A stretch of DNA of 63,795 nucleotides, filler included, from Licmophora abbreviata (lineage: Eukaryota): NCBI GenBank assembly GCA_900291995.1. It is 20 parts of 20 records of this genome, joined end to end, with 100 filler letters (N's around TTAATTAATTAA, not from the genome) between each part and the next. Parts side by side here need not be neighbours in the genome. Positions count along the whole stretch, not along the records: positions 1 to 2,994 come from OLMU01005661.1; positions 3,095 to 6,091 come from OLMU01005662.1; positions 6,192 to 9,245 come from OLMU01005663.1; positions 9,346 to 10,392 come from OLMU01005664.1; 16 more parts are not named here. One strand, written 5' to 3'. Positions within the stretch are counted from its first letter, which is position 1; each line of letters opens with the position of its first letter. The notes under the pieces are model-generated. The model saw only the letters and a program-made list of their open reading frames with translations. It searched no databases and was not told the DNA's origin. This document shows positions 1 to 9,507 of this stretch, in pieces. A program made the translations under genes and the position numbers.

Positions 1-857
1 ACCGCCTTTCCGGGGATCACGTTGCGCGAGTTGGGAAAGACGTCGATGTGACCTGCGGCGCCGACCGCATGGGGCGCATGGCTCAGCGCGATCTCTTCAA
101 CCTTTTCCAGCACACGTGCCATGCCAAGACCGGCATTGCGGCGCATCGGCATTGGTGTCGATCCGGTATGCGCATCCTTGCCGGTGATCGTGACCTGCGT
201 CCAGCTCAGGCCCTGCCCATGGGTGACCACGCCGATATCCTTGCCTTGCGCTTCGAGGATCGGTCCCTGCTCGATATGCAGCTCGAAAAACGCATGCATC
301 TTGCGTGCGCCCACCGGTTCGTCGCCGCGCCAGCCGATGCGGTCCAATTCGTCGCCGAAGCGCTTGCCTTCGGCATCGCGGCGGTCTTCGGCCCAGTCCT
401 GCTCATGCACGCCTGCGAACACCCCCGAGGCCAGCATGGCCGGGGCAAATCGCGTGCCTTCCTCGTTGGTCCAGTTGGTCACCACGATGGGGTGTTTTGT
501 CCGGATACCCAGATCGTTCAGGGTCCGAACCACCTCCAACCCTCCCAGCACGCCCAGCACGCCGTCATATTTTCCGCCCGTCGGCTGGGTGTCGAGATGG
601 CTGCCCACATAGACCGGCAGCGCCTCGGGGTCGGTGCCCTCGCGCCGCGCGAACATGTTGCCTAGGCTGTCCAGTCCCATGGTACAGCCTGCGGCCTCGC
701 ACCAGCTCTGGAACAGCGCGCGGCCCTCGGCATCGGCATCGGTCAGGGTCTGACGGTTGTTTCCTCCCGCCACCCCTGGACCGATGCGCGCCATCTCCAT
801 CAGGCTGTCCCAGAGCCGGTCGCCATTGATCCTGAGATTCTCGCCGGGTGCGGCCAT
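1..857 (-). CDS. pydC: Zn-dependent M20 amidohydrolase (beta-ureidopropionase / N-carbamoyl-beta-alanine hydrolase); 3' end runs off the window
   Basis: Absent from the ORF track. Manual translation from ATG 857 gives MAAPGENLRINGDRLWDSLMEMARIG...VGSHLDTQPTGGKYDGVLGVLGGLE, with the M20 SHLD and GKYDG motifs. GGGAGA SD upstream; lies next to RutR and preAT. Confidence 0.9.
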   Translation of the reverse strand, partial: MAAPGENLRINGDRLWDSLMEMARIGPGVAGGNNRQTLTDADAEGRALFQSWCEAAGCTMGLDSLGNMFARREGTDPEALPVYVGSHLDTQPTGGKYDGVLGVLGGLEVVRTLNDLGIRTKHPIVVTNWTNEEGTRFAPAMLASGVFAGVHEQDWAEDRRDAEGKRFGDELDRIGWRGDEPVGARKMHAFFELHIEQGPILEAQGKDIGVVTHGQGLSWTQVTITGKDAHTGSTPMPMRRNAGLGMARVLEKVEEIALSHAPHAVGAAGHIDVFPNSRNVIPGKA

Positions 858-923
858 GATGCATGTCTCCCTGTGTCATCCTGGATACGGGCCTTGTTGC
901 AGGCCTCTTGCCAAGGGTCTTAT

Positions 924-941
924 CCTGACCATATGGTCAGG
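924..941. promoter_or_regulatory. RutR-type operator (perfect palindrome)
   Basis: CCTGACCATATGGTCAGG resembles the RutR consensus TTGACCAnnTGGTCAA. It lies in the divergent pydC/rutR intergenic region. Confidence 0.75.
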
Positions 942-957
942 TTGATCGCATCACACG

Positions 958-973
958 TTGACCAACCGGTCAA
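958..973. promoter_or_regulatory. second RutR-type operator
   Basis: TTGACCAACCGGTCAA, one mismatch to TTGACCAnnTGGTCAA, just upstream of the first RutR gene. Confidence 0.75.
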
Positions 974-996
974 GAAATTTCTGGAACCCGCCCGGC

Positions 997-1638
997 ATGA
1001 CCCCGTCCGCCCGACCCTCCAGCAAGAAAGACATCCGCCGCGAGAATGAAAAGCTTATTCTTGAGGCAGCGGAAAAAGTCTTTGCAGAGGCGGGGTTTGG
1101 CGGTGCTACAATGCAGCTGATCGCTGATATGGCCGGTCTGCCCAAGGCGAATCTGCATTATTATTTCCCAACCAAGGAATCGCTGTACCGGCGTGTTGTG
1201 CAGAATATTTTCCATGATTGGCTCAAGGCCGCGGATGTCTTCGATGCCGCTCCTGGCCCGGTCGAGGGCTTGGGCGCCTATATCGACGCCAAGATGGAAA
1301 TCAGCCGCCGGCATCCTGCCGGGTCCAAGGTCTGGGCCTCCGAGGTGATGCACCGCGCGCCGGTCATTCAGGACTATCTCGAGACAACGCTTGTTGAATG
1401 GACCGATGGGCGCATCGCGGTGATCCGACGCTGGATCGACGAGGGCAAGATGGACCCGATCGATCCGCGCCATCTTTTGTACATGCTTTGGGCGACCACC
1501 CAGCATTATGCCGATTTCGGCCACCAGATCGAAACCCTGAATGGCGGGCAGCCTCTGTCCGATCGTCAGTGGGAGGCGGCAAAACAATCCGTCAAGACGG
1601 TAATCCTGAAGGGAATTGGCGCGCTCCCCGAAGGCTGA
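997..1638 (+). CDS. rutR: TetR-family regulator, RutR/PydR type (paralog 1)
   Basis: N-terminal TetR HTH (ILEAAEKVFAEAGFGGATMQLIA...LHYYF) and RutR C-terminal signature LWATTQHYADF. Start placed at ATG 997. Confidence 0.85.
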   Translation: MTPSARPSSKKDIRRENEKLILEAAEKVFAEAGFGGATMQLIADMAGLPKANLHYYFPTKESLYRRVVQNIFHDWLKAADVFDAAPGPVEGLGAYIDAKMEISRRHPAGSKVWASEVMHRAPVIQDYLETTLVEWTDGRIAVIRRWIDEGKMDPIDPRHLLYMLWATTQHYADFGHQIETLNGGQPLSDRQWEAAKQSVKTVILKGIGALPEG

Positions 1639-1713
1639 TCGGGGCATGACGGGCCTTTCGTCTTTGCTGGAAATGCCGCAAGCTGCGTGGGGGTGACAGG
1701 GGCAGGGGACCGC

Positions 1714-2331
1714 ATGACCGATATGAACGCTGCGAAAAAGCCGACGCGCATCCAATTACGCAACCGCAAACGTATTCTCGATGCGGCGCTGGATGTGTTC
1801 TCGCAGCATGGCTATCGCGGTGCGACGCTGGATCAGATCGCCGCCGAGGCGGGGCTGTCCAAGCCCAACATCCTCTATTATTTCGAGGGCAAGGAAGACA
1901 TCCACGTCACGCTGCTCAACAAGCTGATGGACGCCTGGCTGGACCCGCTGCGCCATATCGACCCGCACGGCGAGCCGCTCGAGGAAATTCTGCGCTATGT
2001 TCACCGCAAGCTTGAGATGAGCCGCGAATTTCCCCGTGAAAGCAGGCTCTTCGCCAATGAGGTGCTGCAAGGCGCGCCGCGCATGGGCCCGCATCTGGAA
2101 ACCGGTCTCAAAGAGCTGGTGGACGACAGTGCGCGTGTGATCGAAGACTGGATCGCACAAGGCCGGCTGGCGTCGGTCGATCCGCGTCATCTGATCTTTT
2201 CGATCTGGGCCACGACCCAGCATTATGCGGATTTCGACGCGCAGGTGCAGGTGCTGATGGAAGGCCGGGATGTGCACAAGGGGGCATCCGAGTTTCTCGA
2301 TACGCTGTATCGAAGGATGCTTGCGCCTTAA
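1714..2331 (+). CDS. rutR: TetR-family regulator, RutR/PydR type (paralog 2)
   Basis: TRIQ...ILDAALDVFSQHGYRGATLDQIA HTH and IWATTQHYADF signature. Start is ATG 1714 or 1723. Confidence 0.85.
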   Translation: MTDMNAAKKPTRIQLRNRKRILDAALDVFSQHGYRGATLDQIAAEAGLSKPNILYYFEGKEDIHVTLLNKLMDAWLDPLRHIDPHGEPLEEILRYVHRKLEMSREFPRESRLFANEVLQGAPRMGPHLETGLKELVDDSARVIEDWIAQGRLASVDPRHLIFSIWATTQHYADFDAQVQVLMEGRDVHKGASEFLDTLYRRMLAP

Positions 2332-2343
2332 GCGGTTTTTAAC
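2328..2343 (+). promoter_or_regulatory. full CtrA-binding motif
   Basis: TTAA-GCGGTTT-TTAAC equals TTAA-N7-TTAAC; 22 nt before ATG 2366. Confidence 0.6.
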
Positions 2344-2365
2344 CGTTGTCGATCAAGCTTGCCCG

Positions 2366-2596
2366 ATGCAGATCGTGACCCGCCATACCAATCCCGATAT
2401 CTGGATCGAGCAGATGTTTTCTGCGCAGGCGGCCCGTAAGGGCGGCGTTGTGCGCCGGTCTTTGGCCTGGGTCGATCGTGAGGTCGGACGCGACCGTTTC
2501 ATGCAGGAGGTGCGCCGCCGCGGCTTTCACCTGATTGAAACTGCGGATCAGTTCCTTGTGGTCTGTCACAATGGACCGATCCGCATCCTGTTTTGA
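2366..2596 (+). CDS. small (76 aa) Rhodobacteraceae protein of unknown function
   Basis: MQIVTRHTNPDIWIEQMFSAQAARKGGVVRRS...RGFHLIETADQFLVVCHNGPIRILF. From memory, this resembles a small-protein family often mislabelled phosphoribosylanthranilate isomerase. Confidence 0.7.
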   Translation: MQIVTRHTNPDIWIEQMFSAQAARKGGVVRRSLAWVDREVGRDRFMQEVRRRGFHLIETADQFLVVCHNGPIRILF

Positions 2597-2659
2597 TACA
2601 GAATCAAAAGGGAGAAAATTCACAGAATTTTCTCCCTTGATGATTTTTCGCGAAAAATC
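2591..2659. terminator. AT-rich triple inverted repeat between convergent genes (bidirectional terminator or REP-like element)
   Basis: TTTTGAT-N5-ATCAAAA (2591-2609); AAGGGAGAAAATTC-ACA-GAATTTTCTCCCTT (2608-2638); GATTTTTCGCGAAAAATC (2642-2659). Confidence 0.6.
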
Positions 2660-3997
2660 TCACTCGGCGGCGCATTTCATCGGGTTGTTGGGATGCGTCG
2701 TCCAGTTTGCATGGCTGTCCGACACGGTCAGCCCGGTGCGTGGATCGACTTCGCCCGCCGCCAGCCGCTCCATCGTGATGCAGCCATCCACCGGACAGAC
2801 ATTCACACACAGATTGCACGCCACGCATTCGGCGTCGATCACTTCGAACACCCGATCTTCCGACATCGAAATCGCCTGATGGCTGGTATCCTCGCAAGCC
2901 GCATAGCAGCGCCCGCATTTGATGCAGGCCTCCTGATCGATCCGTGCCTTGGTGACATAGTTCAGGTTCAGATCCTGCCAGTTGACCACATTCGNNNNNN
3001 NNNNNNNNNNNNNNNNNNNNNNNNNNNNNNNNNNNNNNTTAATTAATTAANNNNNNNNNNNNNNNNNNNNNNNNNNNNNNNNNNNNNNNNNNNNCGAGAT
3101 CATCTCCTGAACGATCTTGAACCCATAGGTCATCGCCGCCGTGCAGACCTGCACATTGCCCGCGCCAAGCGCCATGAACTCGGCCGCGTCGCGCCAGGTG
3201 GTGACCCCGCCGATCCCTGAAATGGGCAGGCCCCGCAGGCCCGGATCGCGGGCGATCTCGGCCACCATGTTGAGCGCGATCGGCTTGACTGCCGGGCCGC
3301 AATACCCGCCATGCGCGCCTTGCCCGTCGATCATCGGCTCTGGCGAGAACAGATCCAGATCGACCGAGGTGATCGAATTGATCGTGTTGATGAGGCTCAC
3401 CGCATCCGCGCCGCCATCCTTGGCGGCCTGTGCGGGTTTGCGGATATCGGCGATATTCGGCGTCAGTTTCACAATCACCGGCAGGTCCGAGTGTTTCTTG
3501 CACCATTCGGTCACCTGCTGGACATATTCCGGAACCTGCCCCACGGCGCTGCCCATGCCGCGCTCACTCATCCCGTGTGGACAGCCGAAATTCAGCTCGA
3601 CCCCGTCGCACCCGGTTTCGATCACCCGCTCCAGGATCGCTTTCCAGCTGTCCTCGTTCACCGGCACCATCAGGCTCGCGATCAACGCGCGGTCCGGATA
3701 GTCTCGTTTCACGCGGGTCATCTCATCCAGATTGGTCTGGAGGGGTCGGTCGGTGATCAACTCGATATTGTTGAGCCCCAGAAGCCGCCGGTCCGCGCCC
3801 CAGATCGCTCCATAGCGCGGCCCGTTCACATTGACGACGGGCGGGCCGTCTTCGCCCAGTGTTTTCCACACCACGCCGCCCCATCCCGCCTCGAAGGCGC
3901 GGCGCACGTTGTATTCCTTGTCCGTGGGCGGCGCCGAGGCCAGCCAGAACGGGTTGGGTGACTTGATGCCGACAAAGGTCGTTTCGAGATTGGCCAT
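2660..3997 (-). CDS. preA: NAD-dependent dihydropyrimidine dehydrogenase subunit PreA (split by spacer 2995-3094)
   Basis: NPFWLASAPPT, ELNFGCPHG, VKLTPN and GGYCGPAVKPIAL motifs. The C-terminal 2x[4Fe-4S] motifs CIKCGRC and CVACNLC lie on the other side of the gap. Confidence 0.95.
2995..3094. other. artificial contig spacer N44-TTAATTAATTAA-N44 (first of 19)
   Basis: Identical 100-bp spacers with all-frame stops start at 2995, 6092, 9246, 10393, 12959, 15364, 16478, 18780, 20952, 25572, 42970, 45013, 46911, 48773, 56291, 58651, 59941, 61094 and 62476. Confidence 0.99.
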
Positions 3998-4027
3998 CTT
4001 GCTGATCTCCCTGTGATCCGGTGCGTT

Positions 4028-5350
4028 TCAGCCCATCAGGCTGGCGTGAATGTCTTCTGCGGCGTCGCGGCCCTGAGCCACCGCCGTCACGGTCAGGTCG
4101 TCGCCGCCCGCAGCACAGTCGCCCCCGGCCCAGACCCCGTCCAGACTGGTTCGGCCCGCGCCGCTGACCTTGATCTTGCGACCCTCGAGGTCCGGCAGAT
4201 CGCCGCCCTCCAGCGTCTGGCCGATTGCCTTGAACACCTGATCGGCGGCCAGACGGAACGTCTGGCCCGTCGGTGTCAGATCGTTGTCGGTATATTCGAA
4301 CTCGATCTCGCGGACGGCACCATTGCCATGGATCGCCACGGGCTGCGCATTGGTGATGATCCGCACCCCTTTCGAGGCCGCCAGATCCTGCTCATAGGGG
4401 CTGGCGTTCATCCGGTCGCGACCCCGGCGATAGACGAGGCTCACATTCAGCGCGCCCAGCAGTTTCGCCTGCACGGCGGCATCCACCGCCGTCATGCCCC
4501 CGCCGATCACCACCACGTCGCGGCCCACCGGCAAGCCGGCCAGATCGCTGGTCTGCCGCAACTCTGCGATGAAATCCACCGCGTTGGCGATGCCGCCCTT
4601 GTCTTCGGCCTCCAGCCCAAGCGCATTCACGCCGCCCAGACCGATGCCCAGAAACACAGCGTCATGCGCGCCCTTGATCTCGGACAGCGTCATGTCGCGC
4701 CCCAGCCGTTTGCCGGTTTCGACCGTGATGCCGCCGATCTTGAGCAGCCAATCGACCTCACGCTCGGCAAAACCTTCCACTGTCTTGTAGGCGGCGATGC
4801 CGTATTCGTTCAGCCCGCCGGCCTTGTCGCGCCCGTCATACATGGTCACGTCGTGGCCCTTCATCGCCAGCCGATGCGCGCAGGCCAGCCCTGCCGGCCC
4901 GGCGCCCACCACTGCGATCCGCTTGCCCGTGGGGGCGGCGCGGCTAAACGGATGTGTCCCGGCCTCCATCAGCGTATCGGTCGCATAGCGCTGCAATTGC
5001 CCGATCAGCACCGGCTTGCCCTCGGCCGCCTCGCGAACGCAGGCCTGTTCGCACAGCGTTTCGGTCGGACAGACGCGCGCGCACATGCCGCCGAGGATAT
5101 TCTGGCTCAGGATCGTTTCGGCTGCCGCCTCAGGCGTGCCCGTGGCGATCTGCCGGATGAACAGCGGGATGTCGATCTCGGTGGGGCAGGCGGCGATGCA
5201 GGGCGCATCATGGCAGAAATAGCAGCGATCCGCAGCGACCAGTGCCTCATGTCCGTCCAGCCTTGGATGCAGATCCGAAAAATTCTCGGCATAGGCCTTG
5301 GGGTCCAGCCGTCCGGCGACGATGCCGGGGGTCAGCGAAGTGTCACTCAA
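4028..5350 (-). CDS. preT: dihydropyrimidine dehydrogenase subunit PreT (GltD-like flavoprotein)
   Basis: RCYFCHDAPCIAACP Fe-S motif, VVGAGPAG and VIGGGMTA Rossmann motifs, AGGDC. Likely TTG start at 5350 after GGAGG. Confidence 0.92.
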   Translation of the reverse strand: MSDTSLTPGIVAGRLDPKAYAENFSDLHPRLDGHEALVAADRCYFCHDAPCIAACPTEIDIPLFIRQIATGTPEAAAETILSQNILGGMCARVCPTETLCEQACVREAAEGKPVLIGQLQRYATDTLMEAGTHPFSRAAPTGKRIAVVGAGPAGLACAHRLAMKGHDVTMYDGRDKAGGLNEYGIAAYKTVEGFAEREVDWLLKIGGITVETGKRLGRDMTLSEIKGAHDAVFLGIGLGGVNALGLEAEDKGGIANAVDFIAELRQTSDLAGLPVGRDVVVIGGGMTAVDAAVQAKLLGALNVSLVYRRGRDRMNASPYEQDLAASKGVRIITNAQPVAIHGNGAVREIEFEYTDNDLTPTGQTFRLAADQVFKAIGQTLEGGDLPDLEGRKIKVSGAGRTSLDGVWAGGDCAAGGDDLTVTAVAQGRDAAEDIHASLMG

Positions 5351-5406
5351 GGGAACCTCCACAAGTTGGTGTGTGTATTTCCCCTCAGTATTCCACGATT
5401 TCTTTT

Positions 5407-5422
5407 TTTATCAAACGGTAAA
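5407..5422. promoter_or_regulatory. probable RutR-type operator upstream of preTA
   Basis: TTTATCAAACGGTAAA, a degenerate 16-bp RutR-like palindrome in an AT-rich promoter. Confidence 0.55.
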
Positions 5423-5522
5423 AATATAGCGAAAAAGGTATTGGAATCCCAATGGCTTGGCTTGCCAATTGGCGTTGGTGTGCACAGGATGGGCTTGCGT
5501 TGGGCTTCGGCCCCAGACCGGA

Positions 5523-6352
5523 TCAGCGCGATTTTTCGTGGTCGAACCGCTGGCGCGCGATGGCCTCGTTGCGCTCGGCCTTCTGCTGATCGGCCAGCGC
5601 CTTTTCGACATAGTTCATATGCGCGATCACCGCGTCTCGGGCGCCTGAGGCGTCGCGGGCCTGCAATGCGCTGTTGATCTGGCGGTGCTGATCCAGCAGC
5701 GCGCCGCGCGTGGTGCGCTGCTTGAACATGACCTGACGGTTATAGAACACGCCCTCCTGCAACAGCTGATACATCGAGCGCATCATATGCAGCATGACCA
5801 CGTTGTGACTGGCCTCGATGATGCCCATGTGAAATTCGGCATCCAGACGGGCTTCGTCCTTGGGGTTGGGCTTGTCATGCGCCATTTCCATCTTTTCGAA
5901 CACTGTCTGGATGACCTTCAGATCGGTATCCGATGCCAGCCGTGCGGCCCGTTCCGCCGCCAGCCCCTCCATGTCGCGGCGAAAGGCGATGTAATCGAAC
6001 ACCGCCTCGTCATGACCCGCGAAGAGGCGAATCAGCGCCGGGGAAAACGCACTGCCCAGAACATCGGCCACGAAAATGCCCGCACCGGCGCNNNNNNNNN
6101 NNNNNNNNNNNNNNNNNNNNNNNNNNNNNNNNNNNTTAATTAATTAANNNNNNNNNNNNNNNNNNNNNNNNNNNNNNNNNNNNNNNNNNNNGCCTCGCGC
6201 AGCGACGGGCGCGAGACGCCAAGCCGCTCGGCCAGCTCGCGTTCGGATGGCAGGCGCTCGCCGGGGCGCAGGATGCCGCGAAGAATCAGCTTTTCGATCT
6301 GGCGCGTGACCGCGGTCGACAGTTTTTCGGGCGTGACTCTTTCGAATGGCAT
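5523..6352 (-). CDS. GntR/FadR-family regulator (GlcC/PdhR-like), split by spacer 6092-6191
   Basis: wHTH GILRPGERLPSERELAERLGVSRPSLRE plus FCD domain (DAEFHMGIIEASHN...QHRQI...AHM). Confidence 0.9.
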
Positions 6353-6371
6353 GGGGCTGTCCTGAACCAAC

Positions 6372-6390
6372 TGGTCAGATCATATGACCG
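6372..6390. promoter_or_regulatory. putative FadR-family autoregulatory operator
   Basis: TGGTCA-GATCATA-TGACCG inverted repeat about 20 nt upstream of the regulator start. Confidence 0.5.
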
Positions 6391-6419
6391 GATCATTCAT
6401 GCGGCAAGCGTCGCGGTGG

Positions 6420-6788
6420 TCAGGTTTTCGACAACCGCCAGCGCCCGATCTGTTCGGGCAGAAACGCCTCGACCGCCGCGGTCGCGATGACCAGGGTCTC
6501 GCCGGTTTCGGGGTTGGTCACGTTCTGCCCGCCCTTGACCGCGCGCACCTCGGCCCTGCCGCGTGGCAGCCCCTGAGCCAGCGCCGTTGTGTCCAGCCGA
6601 TCGGGGTTCTGCACGCCCACGGTGACCTGCACCCGCATCTGGCCATGCTCAAGCCCCGTCGTCTCGAAGATCGGCAGGGTGGAATGGCGGATCGCGTCCT
6701 CGATGGCCCGTGCTGCGGCCTTCTGATAGTCCATGCCGTGCAGATCGTTGCCCATGCCCATCTCGATGATCACACGCCGCTCAGTCAT
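6420..6788 (-). CDS. Lin0512-family protein
   Basis: IIEMGMGNDLHGMDYQKAAARAIEDAIRHS signature. Confidence 0.85.
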   Translation of the reverse strand: MTERRVIIEMGMGNDLHGMDYQKAAARAIEDAIRHSTLPIFETTGLEHGQMRVQVTVGVQNPDRLDTTALAQGLPRGRAEVRAVKGGQNVTNPETGETLVIATAAVEAFLPEQIGRWRLSKT

Positions 6789-7137
6789 CTGCCCGCTCCA
6801 TGTCGAAACTCACCGAGATCGCGGCATTGGCGATGACCGTGGGGTTGCCGTCGCCATCGGGGCGCGGGATATCCAGCCCGCCATGGGCGGCCCTGACGCT
6901 GATTTGCCCATAGGGAAAGACTTTGGCCACCGCCGCGCAATCGACGGCGTCGGGGTCTTGCACTGCGATGTCCACGTCGATCATCATCGCCGATTTGTCG
7001 AAGCCATACAGCTCGGCCATGTTGATCGAGTTGTGCCACAGCGCATCCTGCACGGCGCGCGTCGCGGCCTGCGTGTAATCGCGCCGGCGCAGGGACGTGC
7101 CCATGCCGAATTCTGTCAATACGCGGTGCTTGGTCAT
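6781..7137 (-). CDS. Lin0512-family protein (second paralog)
   Basis: LTEFGMGTSLRRRDYTQAATRAVQDALWHNS...FPYG...GGL. Overlaps the next gene by 8 nt. Confidence 0.85.
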   Translation of the reverse strand: MTKHRVLTEFGMGTSLRRRDYTQAATRAVQDALWHNSINMAELYGFDKSAMMIDVDIAVQDPDAVDCAAVAKVFPYGQISVRAAHGGLDIPRPDGDGNPTVIANAAISVSFDMERADD

Positions 7138-7189
7138 GTCACCCCCCTTGGCGGTTGCCCTGCCTGATTGCCCGTTTCACCGGCCCTCG

Positions 7190-7849
7190 TCAATGCGAGG
7201 CAAACAGCGCCACAGCCCCCACCACGATCAGGCTCAGCGCCCAGACAACATCCAGATTGAACCAGCTTTTCTTCAAAAAGGCCAAGCCCAGCCAATAATA
7301 GACGCCAACCGCGATCAGCCCCCCTGATGCCGCCATCGCCAGCGTATGCGCCAGCGCCACAAGCCCCGCGCGCAGCGCGTCGCTGCCCATCAGCCGGGCG
7401 GCGGCGACATGTCCGGCATCTTGGGCCGCCGCATCGCACAGGCCCAGATAGATCGGCACTAGCATCAGCCCCGCGCCATGCGCCATCGCCGCCAGGAACG
7501 ACCACAGCATCAGCCGCGAGGGCGGGACGCGTGCCAGAAACCTCGGATGCCTCCTGTTGATCAGCAGATAGACCCCCAGCCCGATCACCAGCACCGCCGC
7601 GCCGATGCGCAATACGCGCTGCCACTCAACCAGCGTCACCATCACCGAGAATGGAAACAGCACCATCGCCATCGCCAGAAGGTGCCCCGCCGCCAGTGCC
7701 AGCAGCGCCTTGTAAAGCGCCCCCGCCCCGCGCTCCATCAGAGCGGCGGACACCGCCAGCGGCCAGCCCATGCCGGGATTGATGCCGTGATATACCCCCG
7801 AGGCGACAACGGCCCACCAAAGGGCCGTTGCCGTGCTTGCGTCCTCCAC
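7190..7849 (-). CDS. multi-pass membrane protein accompanying SBP56, with His motifs
   Basis: About 6 hydrophobic segments; GVYHGINPGMGW, AGH, AHGAGLML, AHTLAM. Starts 3 nt after the SBP56 stop. Confidence 0.8.
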   Translation of the reverse strand: MEDASTATALWWAVVASGVYHGINPGMGWPLAVSAALMERGAGALYKALLALAAGHLLAMAMVLFPFSVMVTLVEWQRVLRIGAAVLVIGLGVYLLINRRHPRFLARVPPSRLMLWSFLAAMAHGAGLMLVPIYLGLCDAAAQDAGHVAAARLMGSDALRAGLVALAHTLAMAASGGLIAVGVYYWLGLAFLKKSWFNLDVVWALSLIVVGAVALFASH

Positions 7850-7852
7850 GCC

Positions 7853-9245
7853 TCAGACGGACGGGTAGCAGAAGCTGTCGGTCGAACAGTCCCCGCCTTC
7901 AAGCCGGATCTGATGCGCGCGGTAGCCTTCCGGGAACTCCACCCAGAAATCCTTGTCCAGCGTCAGCCCCCCATCGGCGCCCACATCGGCCTTGACCATC
8001 GCCGCCCCGCGCTCTCCGGGATAGAACTGATCGTCCCATGTCGAATAAAGCGAATTGGTCCAATAGACCCGCTTGCCGTCGCGGCTGATCTCGACCATCT
8101 GCGGCCCATAGCCGAACGCCTTGCCGTTGGGATGCTTGGTGCCCTTCACGATCCCGCCAAGCTCCACCTTGCCGGCCAGCTTGGGCGCCATTGGATCGCT
8201 GACATCGTATTGATGCATCTCGCCTGTGCCCCAGCAGGCCACATACAGGAACCGGTCATCAAGGCTCAGGTCGATATCGGTGACCAGCGGCGGCACCGCC
8301 TCAAACCCCTTCAGCAAGTCCGGCAGATCGTCGGCGGCGGCCGGCTGCGGCGGGATGGTCACGGTTTTCTTGGCCTCGAAACTGCCATCCTCCTTGCGCC
8401 ACCATGTCCAGATCGACCCTTCGAGATTGGTGGTATCCACCACCACGCCACAGAACCCGTATTCCTTGGCCGGGTCATGCGCCGGGCGGATTTCCAGCGC
8501 CATCTGGTGATTTTCGCCCAGATCGATGGTCTGCACGTTCTTGCGCGCCCGCAGGTCCCAGAAATGGATGCTGTGCCCGTATTTGTTGGACAGAAGATCC
8601 TCGGGCACGATGCCGTTCTCGTATTGCGGCGGAAGGCCCCATTCGGAGCTGACCATGTAATTGCGCGGCAGGTTCCACCAGAAATCATACTGCTTGTCCT
8701 GCGCGCCCCGGTCCATCTCGTAGCGGCCGAGGATCTCGAAGGTTTCGCAATCCATGATGAAGATGCCCGGCGGGCCATCGGTGCCGTCCGGGCCACCGCC
8801 GCCAAGGGTGCTGACATAGATGCCCTCGGGACCGCAATGGATGGTGTGGGGGCGCGAATAGCCGGTCTTGGCAAAGACCTCTTCGGGTTCGATGATCTTG
8901 TGGATCTTGGCCTTGAGCGGCTCTTTCACATCGATGATGTAGATCCGGCTCGACCGGATGCCGGGAATGATCAGGTAACGCCGTTCCAGAAAGGCATGGC
9001 CACTCAGCGGCGACAACGACGAAGAACAGGCGTTCCATCCGAAATGGTGAAACTCGTCGCCCGTATTGGGCATGATGACCTGATGCACGATCTGGCCATA
9101 GGTCTTGGATTTTGGGTCCACATCGACAACCGCCAAGCCATCGGGCCGGCTTCCGTCAGGGCTTAGCATCAGGGTGAAGGCCAGCGTTTCGGCGGGGGCC
9201 TCCATGGCCAGTTTCGGTGTGGCGTGAAATGTCGGATCCGGGCGT
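7853..9245 (-). CDS. selenium-binding protein SBP56 / methanethiol oxidase-like (start codon lies in the spacer)
   Basis: DEFHHFGWNACSS, RPHTIHC, YDFWW, GPQMVEISRDGKRVY, SLYSTWDDQFYP, GGDCSTD. The frame is open to the gap (RPDPTFHATPKLAM), and SD GGGAGG sits just beyond the spacer at about 9354-9359. Confidence 0.9.
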
Positions 9246-9507
9246 NNNNNNNNNNNNNNNNNNNNNNNNNNNNNNNNNNNNNNNNNNNNTTAATTAATTA
9301 ANNNNNNNNNNNNNNNNNNNNNNNNNNNNNNNNNNNNNNNNNNNNCGTTGTTTCCTCCCTCTGATGACGCGTGTCGGCGCTGTGCCAACGACGCGTCCAA
9401 GGGAAATCCTGCCACGGATTTTCGAATCCACCAACGACTTCCGGACCGTCGCCCTGTGCGGCGCCGGAAAACTGGCTTCATTTGCCTGAAGTTTCAGGAA
9501 TTTTTTC

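Noticed and set aside
2366..2596. trpF annotation
   Set aside because: 76 aa cannot form the TrpF TIM barrel, and there is no trp context.
9361..9410. CTGATGA...GAAA as a hammerhead ribozyme (also CTGATGA at about 19093)
   Set aside because: GAAA is not positioned directly after stem II, and stems I/III are missing. Only a simple hairpin (9366-9397) is supported.
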